A stretch of 40,176 bases of DNA from Candidatus Limnocylindria bacterium (GTDB taxonomy: Bacteria > Chloroflexota > Limnocylindria > QHBO01), in NCBI GenBank assembly GCA_036560125.1, contig DATBRW010000076.1, positions 1 through 40,176 on the forward strand, written 5' to 3'. A program made the translations under genes and the position numbers. This document shows, piece by piece, positions 22,286-30,510 of this stretch (position 1 is the stretch's first letter; each line of letters opens with the position of its first letter). The notes under the pieces were generated by a model. That model worked only from the letters and a program-made list of their open reading frames with translations, was not told where the DNA came from and ran no database searches.

Positions 22286-25183
22286 CTACGCGGAGAGCGG
22301 CTCGGCGATCGCCTCTTCCGCCTCCTCGCGAGCCACGTCGACCGCCGTCTTGGGGATGCGCCGCCAGGAGCCGTCCTCCCGGACGTATCGGTCCATGGTC
22401 TCCCAGTCTGTCCCGACCTTGAGCCCCACCTCCAGCGGCGGATCCAGCGGGAGGGCGCCCTCCATCACCTCGTCGGCGAGGGCCGCCAGGACCGGGAGCT
22501 CCTCCTCATCGGTCTCGAAGATGAGCTCGTCATGAACCTGCAGCAGCATCTGCGAGCGCAGGCCGCGCTCCCGGATGGCGGCGTCCAGGCGGACCATGGC
22601 GATCTTCATGCCGTCGGCGGCGGTGCCCTGGATTGGCATGTTGATCGCCATGCGCTCGCCGGCGGAACGCAGGGCCCCGTTACGCGCGGTCAGCTCCGGC
22701 AAGTAGCGGCGGCGGCCCAGCAGCGTGGTCACGAAGCCCTGGTCGCGGGCGAGCATTCGGATCTCGACCGTGTAGCGGCGGATCCCCGGGTAGGCGGTGA
22801 AGTAGTCGGCGATGAAGCGCTGCGCCTCCTCGCGCGGGATCTTGAGACGGTCGGCCAGCCCGAAGTCGCTCAGGCCATAGGCGATGCCGTAGTTGATCAT
22901 CTTGGCCACGCTGCGAATGTGCGGCGTCACGTCCTCCGCCTGCACCCCCAGCACCCGGGCCGCGGCGGCCAAATGGATGTCGGAATGGGCGGCAAAGTCC
23001 GCCTTGAGCCCCGCGTCGCCGGATACGTGAGCCAGGATGCGCAGCTCCTGCTGCGAGTAGTCGGCGCCCAACAGCAGCTTGCCCGGCGGCGCCACGAAGG
23101 CGCGCCGGATGCGGCGTCCCAGCGCGGAACGGATGGGGATGTTCTGCAGGTTGGGGTCGATGCTGGACAGCCGCCCAGTCGCCGCCACCGCCTGCTGGTA
23201 GGTCGTGTGGAGGCGGCCGTCGCTGCCCACCAGGTTCGGCAGCGCGTCGACGTAGGTGCCCTTCAGCTTCGACACCTGGCGATGTTCCAGGATCAGGCCC
23301 GCCACCTCGTGCTTCTCGCGCAGCTCCTCCAGGACCGATGCATCCGTCGAGTAACCGGTCCGCGTGCGCTTCGTCGCCGGCAGGCCCAGCTCGCCGAAGA
23401 GGACCTGCTCCAGCTGCTTTGGTGACCCGATGTTGAACTCGTGCCCCACCAGTGCATAGATCCGCTTCTCGAGATCGGCCAGCGTGGCGGCGAACTCGAC
23501 GCTCATCGCCGCCAACTGGTCGCGGTCAATGGTCACGCCCGCCAGCTCCATCCGCGCCAGGACCGGCAGCAGCGGCATCTCGACCTCGTTGAACAGGTCG
23601 CTCATGCCGCCCTCGGTCAGCTCCGTCTCGAGCGCCGGGCGGACGAGCAGGCTTGTCAACCCTTCCGCCGCGGCCCGACGAGCGACGGGCGTCTCCTCGA
23701 CCTCGACCTCACCGCTCACCGGCCGCTCCGGCAGCGATGCGCTAAAGCGGTTCGCGGCCAGGTCGTCCAGCGTCTGGGCGCGCAGCGAGGGGTTCGTCAT
23801 GTAGCTGGCCACCAGCGTGTCGCTGGCCGGCCCTTCCATTACCACGCCCCGTCGCGCCAGCATGGTGAGCAGCTGCTTCAGGTCGTGGCCGATCAACGGC
23901 CGGTCCGAGCGGCCGAACCAGGCGGGCAACGGCCGGTCATCGCTCCACGGCAGGTACCAGGTTGAGCCGTCCTCTCCCGCCATGGCGATCCCCAGCAGCG
24001 GGCGCTCCAGCGGCCGGCCGGCGCCGGCGGCCCAGCCCAGGCCCACGGCATCGCCATGGGCGGTGAGCCACGTCTCCAGCTCCGCCAGGTCTGCGTCGCT
24101 GCGCACGATTCGCGGGTCCACGTGCTCGATCGCCCCGCTGGGGTCGCTCACCGCATCCGGACCGGCACTGGCCGCTTCTGCGGGCGTTGCGCCGTTGCCA
24201 TCGGCAGCGGCAGCGGCTTCAGCGGATCGCGCGCCACCCAGCAGGTCCAGCGACAGCTGCAGTCCGCTGCCGGTGTCCTGCTCGGCCGGCCCGTAACCCG
24301 TCGGCGCGATGCTCGAGGGCGGCAGCCGGTCGATCAGGGTCCGGAACTCCAGCTCGCGGAAGCGCTGCGCCACGGCGCGGCGGTCGTAGCGGCCGGTCCG
24401 TCCCTCGTCCAGGTTCAGCTCCACGGGCAGATCGATGACGATTCGGCCGACCTCACGCGACATGAGGGCCGACTCGCGATGCTCCGCCAAGCGGTCGCGC
24501 AGCTTCCCCTTCACCTCGTCGAGCCGCTCGTAGATGCCGTCCAGCGTCTCGAATTGTTGGAGTAGCTGGATGGCGGTCTTCTCCCCCACCCCCGGCACGC
24601 CGGGGATGTTGTCGGAGGTGTCGCCCTTGAGCGCCTTGTAGTCGAGCATCTGGTCGGGGCGCAGGCCATAGCGCTCCATGACCTTGGCCTCGTCGTAGAT
24701 GACCGTGGACGCCACGCCCATCCGAGTCGTGAGCAGCCGAACGTGGTCGTTCACCAGCTGCAGACCGTCCAGGTCGCCGGAGACGATGTAGGTATCCACC
24801 CCCGCCCGCTTCCCGTGCTGGACCAGTGTCCCGATCACGTCATCGGCCTCGTAGCCTTCCAGCTCGCGGATGGGGATGTTCATCATCTGCGCGATCTCGC
24901 GCACGATCGGGAACTGCGCGCGCAGGTCGTCCGGCATCGACGGCCGCCCGGCCTTGTACTCGGGATAGGCGTCGAAGCGGAACTGGGGCCGGCCGATGTC
25001 GAAGCTGAGCATGGCGAAGTCCGGTTTCAGGTCCTGCATGCCGCGCAGCACGATCTGCAGGAATCCGAACACGGCGTTGACCAGCGTCCCATCTGACATG
25101 GTCAGCGGCGGCAGCGCGAAGTAGCCGCGATAGACCAGGCTGGGCCCGTCGATCAGCATGAGGATCGGTCGGCGATCGGCCAT
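22286..25183 (-). CDS. polA: DNA polymerase I
   Basis: It has a 5'-nuclease N-terminus ('LIDGPSLVYRGYFA') and polymerase motifs A 'DYSQQELRILAH', B 'RSVAKMINYGIAYG' and C 'LQVHDEL'. I chose the ATG at 25183 ('MADRRPILMLIDG'). The Exo I position reads 'VGLGWAAG', with no DxE. Confidence 0.93.
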   Translation of the reverse strand: MADRRPILMLIDGPSLVYRGYFALPPLTMSDGTLVNAVFGFLQIVLRGMQDLKPDFAMLSFDIGRPQFRFDAYPEYKAGRPSMPDDLRAQFPIVREIAQMMNIPIRELEGYEADDVIGTLVQHGKRAGVDTYIVSGDLDGLQLVNDHVRLLTTRMGVASTVIYDEAKVMERYGLRPDQMLDYKALKGDTSDNIPGVPGVGEKTAIQLLQQFETLDGIYERLDEVKGKLRDRLAEHRESALMSREVGRIVIDLPVELNLDEGRTGRYDRRAVAQRFRELEFRTLIDRLPPSSIAPTGYGPAEQDTGSGLQLSLDLLGGARSAEAAAAADGNGATPAEAASAGPDAVSDPSGAIEHVDPRIVRSDADLAELETWLTAHGDAVGLGWAAGAGRPLERPLLGIAMAGEDGSTWYLPWSDDRPLPAWFGRSDRPLIGHDLKQLLTMLARRGVVMEGPASDTLVASYMTNPSLRAQTLDDLAANRFSASLPERPVSGEVEVEETPVARRAAAEGLTSLLVRPALETELTEGGMSDLFNEVEMPLLPVLARMELAGVTIDRDQLAAMSVEFAATLADLEKRIYALVGHEFNIGSPKQLEQVLFGELGLPATKRTRTGYSTDASVLEELREKHEVAGLILEHRQVSKLKGTYVDALPNLVGSDGRLHTTYQQAVAATGRLSSIDPNLQNIPIRSALGRRIRRAFVAPPGKLLLGADYSQQELRILAHVSGDAGLKADFAAHSDIHLAAAARVLGVQAEDVTPHIRSVAKMINYGIAYGLSDFGLADRLKIPREEAQRFIADYFTAYPGIRRYTVEIRMLARDQGFVTTLLGRRRYLPELTARNGALRSAGERMAINMPIQGTAADGMKIAMVRLDAAIRERGLRSQMLLQVHDELIFETDEEELPVLAALADEVMEGALPLDPPLEVGLKVGTDWETMDRYVREDGSWRRIPKTAVDVAREEAEEAIAEPLSA

Positions 25184-25226
25184 CGGAGAATCCAGTCTAG
25201 ACCGATGAATCCGGGCGAGCGGCCGG

Positions 25227-25232
25227 TAGAAT
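25227..25232 (+). promoter_or_regulatory. -10-like hexamer (TAGAAT) positioned for a leaderless J-domain transcript
   Basis: TAGAAT is followed by 6 nt and then the ATG at 25239. No Shine-Dalgarno sequence is possible in that gap. Confidence 0.35.
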
Positions 25233-25238
25233 CGCCCC

Positions 25239-25751
25239 ATGCCCAACCGCTCGGCGCTCGATCCTTACGCCGTCCTGGGCGTAGGGCGCGACGCCTCGCC
25301 GCTGCAGCTCGCGCGTGCCCGCCGACGCCTGGCGAAGCGCTTCCACCCGGACCTTCACCCCGATCAGGAGGTCTCCGAGTCGATGCGCCGCGTGAACGAG
25401 GCCTGGTTCATCCTCTCGTCGGCGGTGCGCCGCGCGGAGTACGACCGCGCGCATCCCAGCGCCGGCACGCCGCTCTCCGGTCACTGGGCGGCATCGCGTC
25501 CCGAGATCCGGCCGCGACAGCCGACCACGACGCGCACCTGGGCCACCTGGCGCACCACGGCCGACGAGGTGCGGGCCGCTCCCCGCACGCGCCGTGCGGC
25601 GGACGGGGCGCCGGTCGTCACGACTCGGCGTCCACCGCCCTTGGCCCCCGCCGAGCGAGGGTTCCGCGACAGCGGTTGGGCGGCTGTGCTGGCCGGGATC
25701 GTGATGCTGCTGGTGCTGATCGCCGCGATCGTCGCCGGGCGCCTGACCTAG
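25239..25751 (+). CDS. J-domain (DnaJ-like) protein with C-terminal membrane anchor
   Basis: The J-domain reads 'DPYAVLGVGRDASPLQLARARRRLAKRFHPDLHPD', with the HPD tripeptide. The C-terminal TM is 'WAAVLAGIVMLLVLIAAIVAG'. Confidence 0.75.
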   Translation: MPNRSALDPYAVLGVGRDASPLQLARARRRLAKRFHPDLHPDQEVSESMRRVNEAWFILSSAVRRAEYDRAHPSAGTPLSGHWAASRPEIRPRQPTTTRTWATWRTTADEVRAAPRTRRAADGAPVVTTRRPPPLAPAERGFRDSGWAAVLAGIVMLLVLIAAIVAGRLT

Positions 25752-25764
25752 CGACGCCGCCGGG

Positions 25765-26439
25765 TCAGCCGGCGCGCGGCTGCTGCGCGAAGCGCAGGTA
25801 GATTCCCGCCATCAACAGCCCGACCCCCAGGCCCAGCACCACCAGCCACGGGAGGCGCGGGTCGGCTGGCGCGAACGGGCTGTCCGTGCCGCCGCGATCG
25901 GCGGGCGGTGCCACGGGCTGCGTCTGCGGCGACGTGTTGCTTTCCTGGTCCTCGCTCCGCTGGCCTTCGCTGCCCAAATTCATCCCGCGGGTGGACGTCT
26001 CGGGCGACGCCGCGGCGCCGGGGGCAACGAGCGGAGACCCCCCGGTCATGGAGTCCTGCCCCGCGGCCTCCGCCTGGCTCGGGGCAGCGCCGGCACTGCC
26101 CATGCCCAGGCTGAATCCGGAGCTGCCAATCGCACCCACGGCGACCAGCACGAAGCCGGCCGCCATCGCCGGGCCGGCCAGGCGTCGCAGCCAACCGCCA
26201 CGGGAAGCGACTCTCGGCTCGGCGACGGGCGGCAGAAGCTGCAGCGGTCGAGACGGAACGAGGTCCGGCAGCTCGCTCAATGCGGTGCGCAGCGAGCCGA
26301 GCTCGCGCAACACGTCGGTGCATCGGTCGCACGAATCGACGTGCGCGCGCAGCGCAGCGTCCGACGCGACCTCCGGGTCGCCGCCGGACAGCGCCGCCAG
26401 GCGCTCGTCATCAGGATGGATCTGGTGCTGCATCGTCAT
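25765..26439 (-). CDS. Anti-sigma factor (zf-HC2 type), membrane-spanning
   Basis: The ATG at 26439 lies 14 nt after the sigma gene stop. The motif 'HVDSCDRC' fits H-x3-C-x2-C. A TM ('AMAAGFVLVAVGAIG') is followed by a low-complexity extracytoplasmic region and a second C-terminal hydrophobic segment. Confidence 0.65.
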   Translation of the reverse strand: MTMQHQIHPDDERLAALSGGDPEVASDAALRAHVDSCDRCTDVLRELGSLRTALSELPDLVPSRPLQLLPPVAEPRVASRGGWLRRLAGPAMAAGFVLVAVGAIGSSGFSLGMGSAGAAPSQAEAAGQDSMTGGSPLVAPGAAASPETSTRGMNLGSEGQRSEDQESNTSPQTQPVAPPADRGGTDSPFAPADPRLPWLVVLGLGVGLLMAGIYLRFAQQPRAG

Positions 26440-26453
26440 CGGTCCAGACGCCC

Positions 26454-27065
26454 TCAGCGCTCGAACAGTTCCCGGTGCTCGGCCATCAGCTCCCGTAGCC
26501 GCAGCCGGCCGCGGTGGATCCGCGACTTGACCGTTCCCAGGGCCGATGCGGTCGCCTCGGCCACCTCGCCGTAGTCCATGCCGTACACGTCGCACAGCAC
26601 CACCGCGTACCGCTGGTCCGGCGGCAACAACCGCAGCGCGGCATCCAGATGGCGGTAGAGCTCCGCGCGCGCGGCCTCGACCACCGGGTTCGGCGCAGCC
26701 TCATCCGGGAGCTCTGTCCCCCCTTCCTCCGGATCAGGCAGCTCGGTGGTCGGCCGGCGCTGGGCACGCCGCAGGATGTCGTAGCTGGCGTTGGCCGTGA
26801 TGCGCAGCATCCATGAGCGGAAGACACCACCCCGGAAGCTGCCAATGGCGTCGTACGCGTGGACGAAGGCGTCCTGGGTCGCATCGGCCGCCTGGTCGGC
26901 ATCGCCCAGGAGGCGCCAGGCGAGGCCATAGCAGGCCGATTGGTAATGCTCGATCAGCTGGGTGAAGGCGGTCCGATCCCCCGCCGCCGCCCGCGCCACG
27001 ACTGCCTGCTCATCAGGGAGCGGCGCGGTCCTCGTGCCGGGGCTGCTCGGATCGGTGGCGGGCAT
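26454..27065 (-). CDS. ECF-type RNA polymerase sigma factor
   Basis: 203-aa ORF with region 2 ('AFTQLIEHYQSACYGLAWRLLGDADQAADATQDAFVHAY') and region 4 ('LPPDQRYAVVLCDVYGMDYGEVAEATASALGTVKSRIHRGR'). Confidence 0.88.
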   Translation of the reverse strand: MPATDPSSPGTRTAPLPDEQAVVARAAAGDRTAFTQLIEHYQSACYGLAWRLLGDADQAADATQDAFVHAYDAIGSFRGGVFRSWMLRITANASYDILRRAQRRPTTELPDPEEGGTELPDEAAPNPVVEAARAELYRHLDAALRLLPPDQRYAVVLCDVYGMDYGEVAEATASALGTVKSRIHRGRLRLRELMAEHRELFER

Positions 27066-27072
27066 CCGTTCC

Positions 27073-27078
27073 TATAAT
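27073..27078 (+). promoter_or_regulatory. Candidate -10 box (TATAAT) for tRNA-Leu
   Basis: A perfect TATAAT lies 26 nt upstream of the tRNA 5' end. No convincing -35 element was seen. Confidence 0.4.
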
Positions 27079-27104
27079 CACATCCCTCGCGGAGGGAGCC
27101 GCGT

Positions 27105-27191
27105 GCCGGAGTGGCGGAATCGGCAGACGCGTCGGTCTCAAACACCGATGAGCGCAAGCTCGTGTGAGTTCAAGTCTCACCTCCGGCACCA
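27105..27191 (+). tRNA. tRNA-Leu (anticodon CAA), CCA encoded
   Basis: Hand-folded cloverleaf: acceptor GCCGGAG/CTCCGGC; anticodon stem TCGGT/ACCGA with loop CTCAAAC (anticodon CAA); a long variable arm typical of Leu; T arm GTGAG-TTCAAGT-CTCAC; then A-CCA. Confidence 0.9.
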
Positions 27192-27204
27192 ACAGAATTC
27201 GTGC

Positions 27205-27789
27205 TCAGGTCGAGTCGTCACACGCGTCGCCGCCGATGCTCTCCAACCCAAGCGTGAAGCGGACCGCATTGGCCATCTGGGCGCCCCTGACATTCAACTT
27301 GTAGACCTGCTTGTTGACACGCCAGAAGGTCACACGGTTGGACGCCGCCGCCTCCGCTCGCATGGCGGCCTCCTGCGCTGCAAGGTTCCTGACCAGCCTC
27401 TTGATGTCGCTCCGTACATCTCGAGTCCACGCGATCTTGCGCAGCTCGTCGGCCCACGTGCGATGCACGCCGGCAAGCCTGTCGATGGCGGACGCCATGG
27501 CATTCCAATCGGTCCTGCCGGCCCAGCGCGTGTAAAAGCTACAGAGCCGCCTGTAGTAGGGCCGATCGGTTGCCAGGTACAGCCGGCCCTGCTCCAGCAG
27601 CGTGAGCTCCGGGGCCGGGGTTGGTGATGCTGAGGGTCTCGCGGGGACGCTTGCGGACGCAATCGGAACGCCAGGCGCGGTGAAAGCGATCTGGGAGCTG
27701 CATCCCACAAGGACGATGGCGACGAGCGCCAGCCGAACTATGGGCACGATACGCACGGTCAGGTTCCTCGGTTTCCCGCAGTCGCTCAT
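27205..27789 (-). CDS. Hypothetical lipoprotein
   Basis: The ATG at 27789 is preceded by GGAG. The signal peptide has the lipobox 'LVGC'. A P/S/A linker is followed by a helical domain of unknown family. Confidence 0.6.
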   Translation of the reverse strand: MSDCGKPRNLTVRIVPIVRLALVAIVLVGCSSQIAFTAPGVPIASASVPARPSASPTPAPELTLLEQGRLYLATDRPYYRRLCSFYTRWAGRTDWNAMASAIDRLAGVHRTWADELRKIAWTRDVRSDIKRLVRNLAAQEAAMRAEAAASNRVTFWRVNKQVYKLNVRGAQMANAVRFTLGLESIGGDACDDST

Positions 27790-28010
27790 CGCGGCTCCAC
27801 CGCGATGCTCCTTCGGCCGAGGTCGGTCTCGCCATTGGCAGCGGCATGGAGTCGGGCGACCGTAGCAATCGGACTCCACGCCGTGGAACAGGCTGCAGTT
27901 CCTGCCACCCCGCATTCGGAGCGGCCCATGATGCTCGACGGTCGTGCACTTGGGTAGTCAGCGGAGGATATGGATGGTGCAGGTAGGCACCGCCGCGCCG
28001 CCCCGGATGC

Positions 28011-28934
28011 TCAGCGAGAAGGACCAAACGAGGCGCGCATGAGACCAACGCTCGCAAGGAGCAGCAGCACAGCAAAGACGAACCACCCGGCGCCGCCTCG
28101 CACTGCAAGCAACGCGGTGTCGGGGACCTCGGCCGGAGTCGGCGCGGGCGTCGTGGACGGAGCTGTGAAGGTCACGGAGAGCGTAATCGCGACCGAGACG
28201 CCCCCCTCGGAGGATTGGTCGAGCGTGCCTATCCCATCCACGATCACGGTGGCTGGCACGCCAAGGGCGGCAGCCTCATGCAGGTCCTGGCGCGCACCGG
28301 GTGAAATGACCTCATCCGGCAAGGTGGCCGATCCAATCGCGATGTCCCCGCCAGCAAGGATGCCCACGCTGCCCGAAAGGGTGGTGGTTGCCACAAATCC
28401 GGTTGGCACGCCCGAGGTCAGGTCGATCTGGAAGGTGACGGCGAAGGTTGACTCGCTGTCGGCGGCCGTCTTGATCAACGCCGAAAGCCCAGCGTTCGTA
28501 GCCACCAGCTCCGCCGGCGTGAAGAGCCGATCGGAGATGACATAGGCGTCCTGGCCCGGACCAAACAAGTCGGCTACGAGCTCCGGGATGCCGCTGATCG
28601 TGCCGGAAGCTGCGAACGCCAATGAGGTGATGACGCCAGACTCCCGCGTCACCGTCAGGCAGGTGGGCGCCCCGCCTTGAAGCGAGGCGAGGTTGGTATC
28701 GGTTGGGGGAACGAGCGTCGCATCGGCTGCAATCGTCTCGGCAGGTCCGCTGAGCCCGAAGGTGATGCTCCCTGGCGTGTCGCCGATCGGATTGGGCGCG
28801 GTGTAGTCACGGAAGAGGCCGCATTCGAGCGTGTCGGTGGCAGCCGCGACCGGCACAGATCCGAGCAGGAAAAGCGCGGCGGTGGCAACACATACCGCGA
28901 TGGACGGGATCTTGGCCAAGGACTCATACCTCAC
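28011..28934 (-). CDS. Secreted T/S/G/A-rich protein with C-terminal hydrophobic anchor
   Basis: The signal peptide is 'AKIPSIAVCVATAALFLLGSVPVAAA'. The C-terminus is 'VPDTALLAVRGGAGWFVFAVLLLLASVGLMRASFGPSR'. The start is GTG 28934 or TTG 28919 (GAGG 9 nt upstream). The track ORF start at 29066 is unlikely. Confidence 0.6.
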   Translation of the reverse strand: MRYESLAKIPSIAVCVATAALFLLGSVPVAAATDTLECGLFRDYTAPNPIGDTPGSITFGLSGPAETIAADATLVPPTDTNLASLQGGAPTCLTVTRESGVITSLAFAASGTISGIPELVADLFGPGQDAYVISDRLFTPAELVATNAGLSALIKTAADSESTFAVTFQIDLTSGVPTGFVATTTLSGSVGILAGGDIAIGSATLPDEVISPGARQDLHEAAALGVPATVIVDGIGTLDQSSEGGVSVAITLSVTFTAPSTTPAPTPAEVPDTALLAVRGGAGWFVFAVLLLLASVGLMRASFGPSR

Positions 28935-29094
28935 TGGCCTCTGGCACCGCCATGTTCGGTGACGCCGCAGCCCGGCAAGGGTGATGACCCAACCACTCCC
29001 GGTCGATGGCTCATAAGTACCCCGCACAGCACCAGCGTGGGGCAGAGCGCACGGTTCCCCGCCCACCCGTCGAAGCCTTGGGGGTGGGCTCAGA

Positions 29095-29230
29095 TCAGCC
29101 GCTGGCGGCCGTCATCGCGTGCCGCACGGTGCCCTTCAGCACGTCTAGGTCGAACGGCTTGGCAAGGAGCGTATACAGGCCAATACCATCCAGGTCAGGA
29201 TCGCGGCCAGGATGATCGGGGCGACCAGCG
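29095..29230 (-). pseudogene. Possible remnant of a response-regulator receiver domain (C-terminal end only)
   Basis: The frame ends '..DLDGIGLYTLLAKPFDLDVLKGTVRHAMTAASG*', resembling the beta5/alpha5 'Y(L)xKPFd..eL' end of receiver domains. A neighbouring frame reads 'MHGSDG..APIILAAI'. There is no intact N-terminal part, phospho-acceptor region or plausible start. Confidence 0.25.
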
Positions 29231-29335
29231 GCCCCAGGATCGCGCCTACCCCATCGGATCCATGCATGTACGGAGCGTGCGCTGCTCGCACGAACGACCT
29301 GCCAAGGGGATGTTGATGGCGGGTCAAGGTCCCCG

Positions 29336-29734
29336 TCAGGGGACGGACACGTCCGTCTTGTGTCCGTTCGTTGGACTGTGTCCGTTCGTGGGACCGCGTC
29401 CGTTCGTTGCACTGTGTCCGTTCGTGGGACCGCGTCCGTTCGAAGGACCGTATCCGTTCGAACGACCGTATCCGTTCGTTGGACGGCCATCGGCGATGAA
29501 CTCGCTCTGCCGCTGAGCGCCGAAGAGACGCAGCAGCGCCACGATGGTCGCCAGACTCGGCTGGCGGCCATCGTCTCCGAGCAGACGAGTGATGGTGCTG
29601 TGGTTGATGCCGGTGCGCATCCCCACGACTCGCGCTGAGAGGCGTCGTTCCGCCATCGCGTCGCGCAGCCAGCCCGAGACGTCACCGGCCACGATGCGCT
29701 CGGGGAGAACCAACGGCTGATGCTGTACCCCCAT
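29336..29734 (-). CDS. XRE/Cro-type HTH protein with hexapeptide-repeat C-terminal tail
   Basis: The ATG at 29734 gives the HTH segment 'LSARVVGMRTGINHSTITRLLGDDGRQPSLATIVALLRLFG'. The tail is 'GRPTNGYGRSNGYGPSNGRGPTNGHSATNGRGPTNGHSPTNGH'. TAGCGT lies 7 nt upstream of the ATG. Confidence 0.62.
   Translation of the reverse strand: MGVQHQPLVLPERIVAGDVSGWLRDAMAERRLSARVVGMRTGINHSTITRLLGDDGRQPSLATIVALLRLFGAQRQSEFIADGRPTNGYGRSNGYGPSNGRGPTNGHSATNGRGPTNGHSPTNGHKTDVSVP
29359..29484. repeat. Tandem repeat, 7 x 18 nt (invariant core TCCGTTCG)
   Basis: The units start at 29359, 29377, 29395, 29413, 29431, 29449 and 29467. The 36-nt blocks 29377-29412 and 29413-29448 differ at 3 positions. Confidence 0.92.
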
Positions 29735-30219
29735 GTATAGGACGCTAGCAGGCACACCTTGCGGGCAACCTTTCAGCCAGCCACCCCGGACCCCGCAGCA
29801 GTCGTCTTTTCCCCATCCGGAGGGACGAATCCGTACCCGACTCCGGGATATCACGGATGCCCCGTCGCGGTGGGCGCATATAGGATCCCGATACGGGCCA
29901 CGGCCCGGAATTAGGGGGAACGTTGGGGGGCCGAACGAGCCGGAGGCCAGCTGCGCGGGAGAAAGCAGCAGACCACCGGCTCCTTCGCATTCTGCGGCAC
30001 GCCCTTGACGCGCAGACCGGTGTCGCCGGCCGCATATTGGACCGGAGTGTGTCGGGTCGCTGACAGCCAGCGGCCTCCAGCAGCCATAGGGTTCCGAACC
30101 TAGTCCTGGGACGCGCGTTGTCGGTCCAGTACCGGCAGGCAGCCGCGCCTCCCAGGGCTATTTCGTCCTCCCCGTCGACCAGGCGCAGCCGTGGCAGGCC
30201 GCATGCAGGCCTGAGCGCG

Positions 30220-30384
30220 ATGCGCGGCGCGAGCCTATACGGCTACCAGTCGGACAGCGCCTGGTGGAAGAACCTGCAGGATCCGCCGCGCGACATCGGC
30301 AACGCCCTGCTGCAGGCCATTCCGAACACGCGGGACCTCGTCTGGGTGGACTTCACCGCGTACGACATGTGGCCTCCTGAGTAG
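30220..30384 (+). CDS. Hypothetical small protein (54 aa), possibly a gene fragment
   Basis: The ORF 'MRGASLYGYQSDSAWWKNLQDPPRDIGNALLQAIPNTRDLVWVDFTAYDMWPPE' has mostly G/C at third codon positions. No RBS or family recognised. Confidence 0.3.
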   Translation: MRGASLYGYQSDSAWWKNLQDPPRDIGNALLQAIPNTRDLVWVDFTAYDMWPPE

Positions 30385-30510
30385 GCCAGGGGCTCAGCCG
30401 GCCGGGTGGCACGAGAGGTGCAACACACGCGGCCCGCGGGGGGAACGGATGAGCCGGCGCAAGGATTGGTCAGCGACCATCCCGGGCGCCGGTTCCTTCG
30501 TGTCCAGAGC

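Noticed and set aside
24017-24046. Loss of the 3'-5' exonuclease Exo I motif in PolA ('VGLGWAAGAG' where Klenow has 'FAFDTETDSL').
   Set aside because: The loss is real in the sequence but not unusual. Proofreading-deficient PolA enzymes are well known, for example in Thermus and mycobacteria. It is noted in the feature evidence only.
29359-29484. CRISPR array.
   Set aside because: The units are 18 nt and directly abutting with no spacers. No cas genes are in the window. This is a plain tandem repeat.
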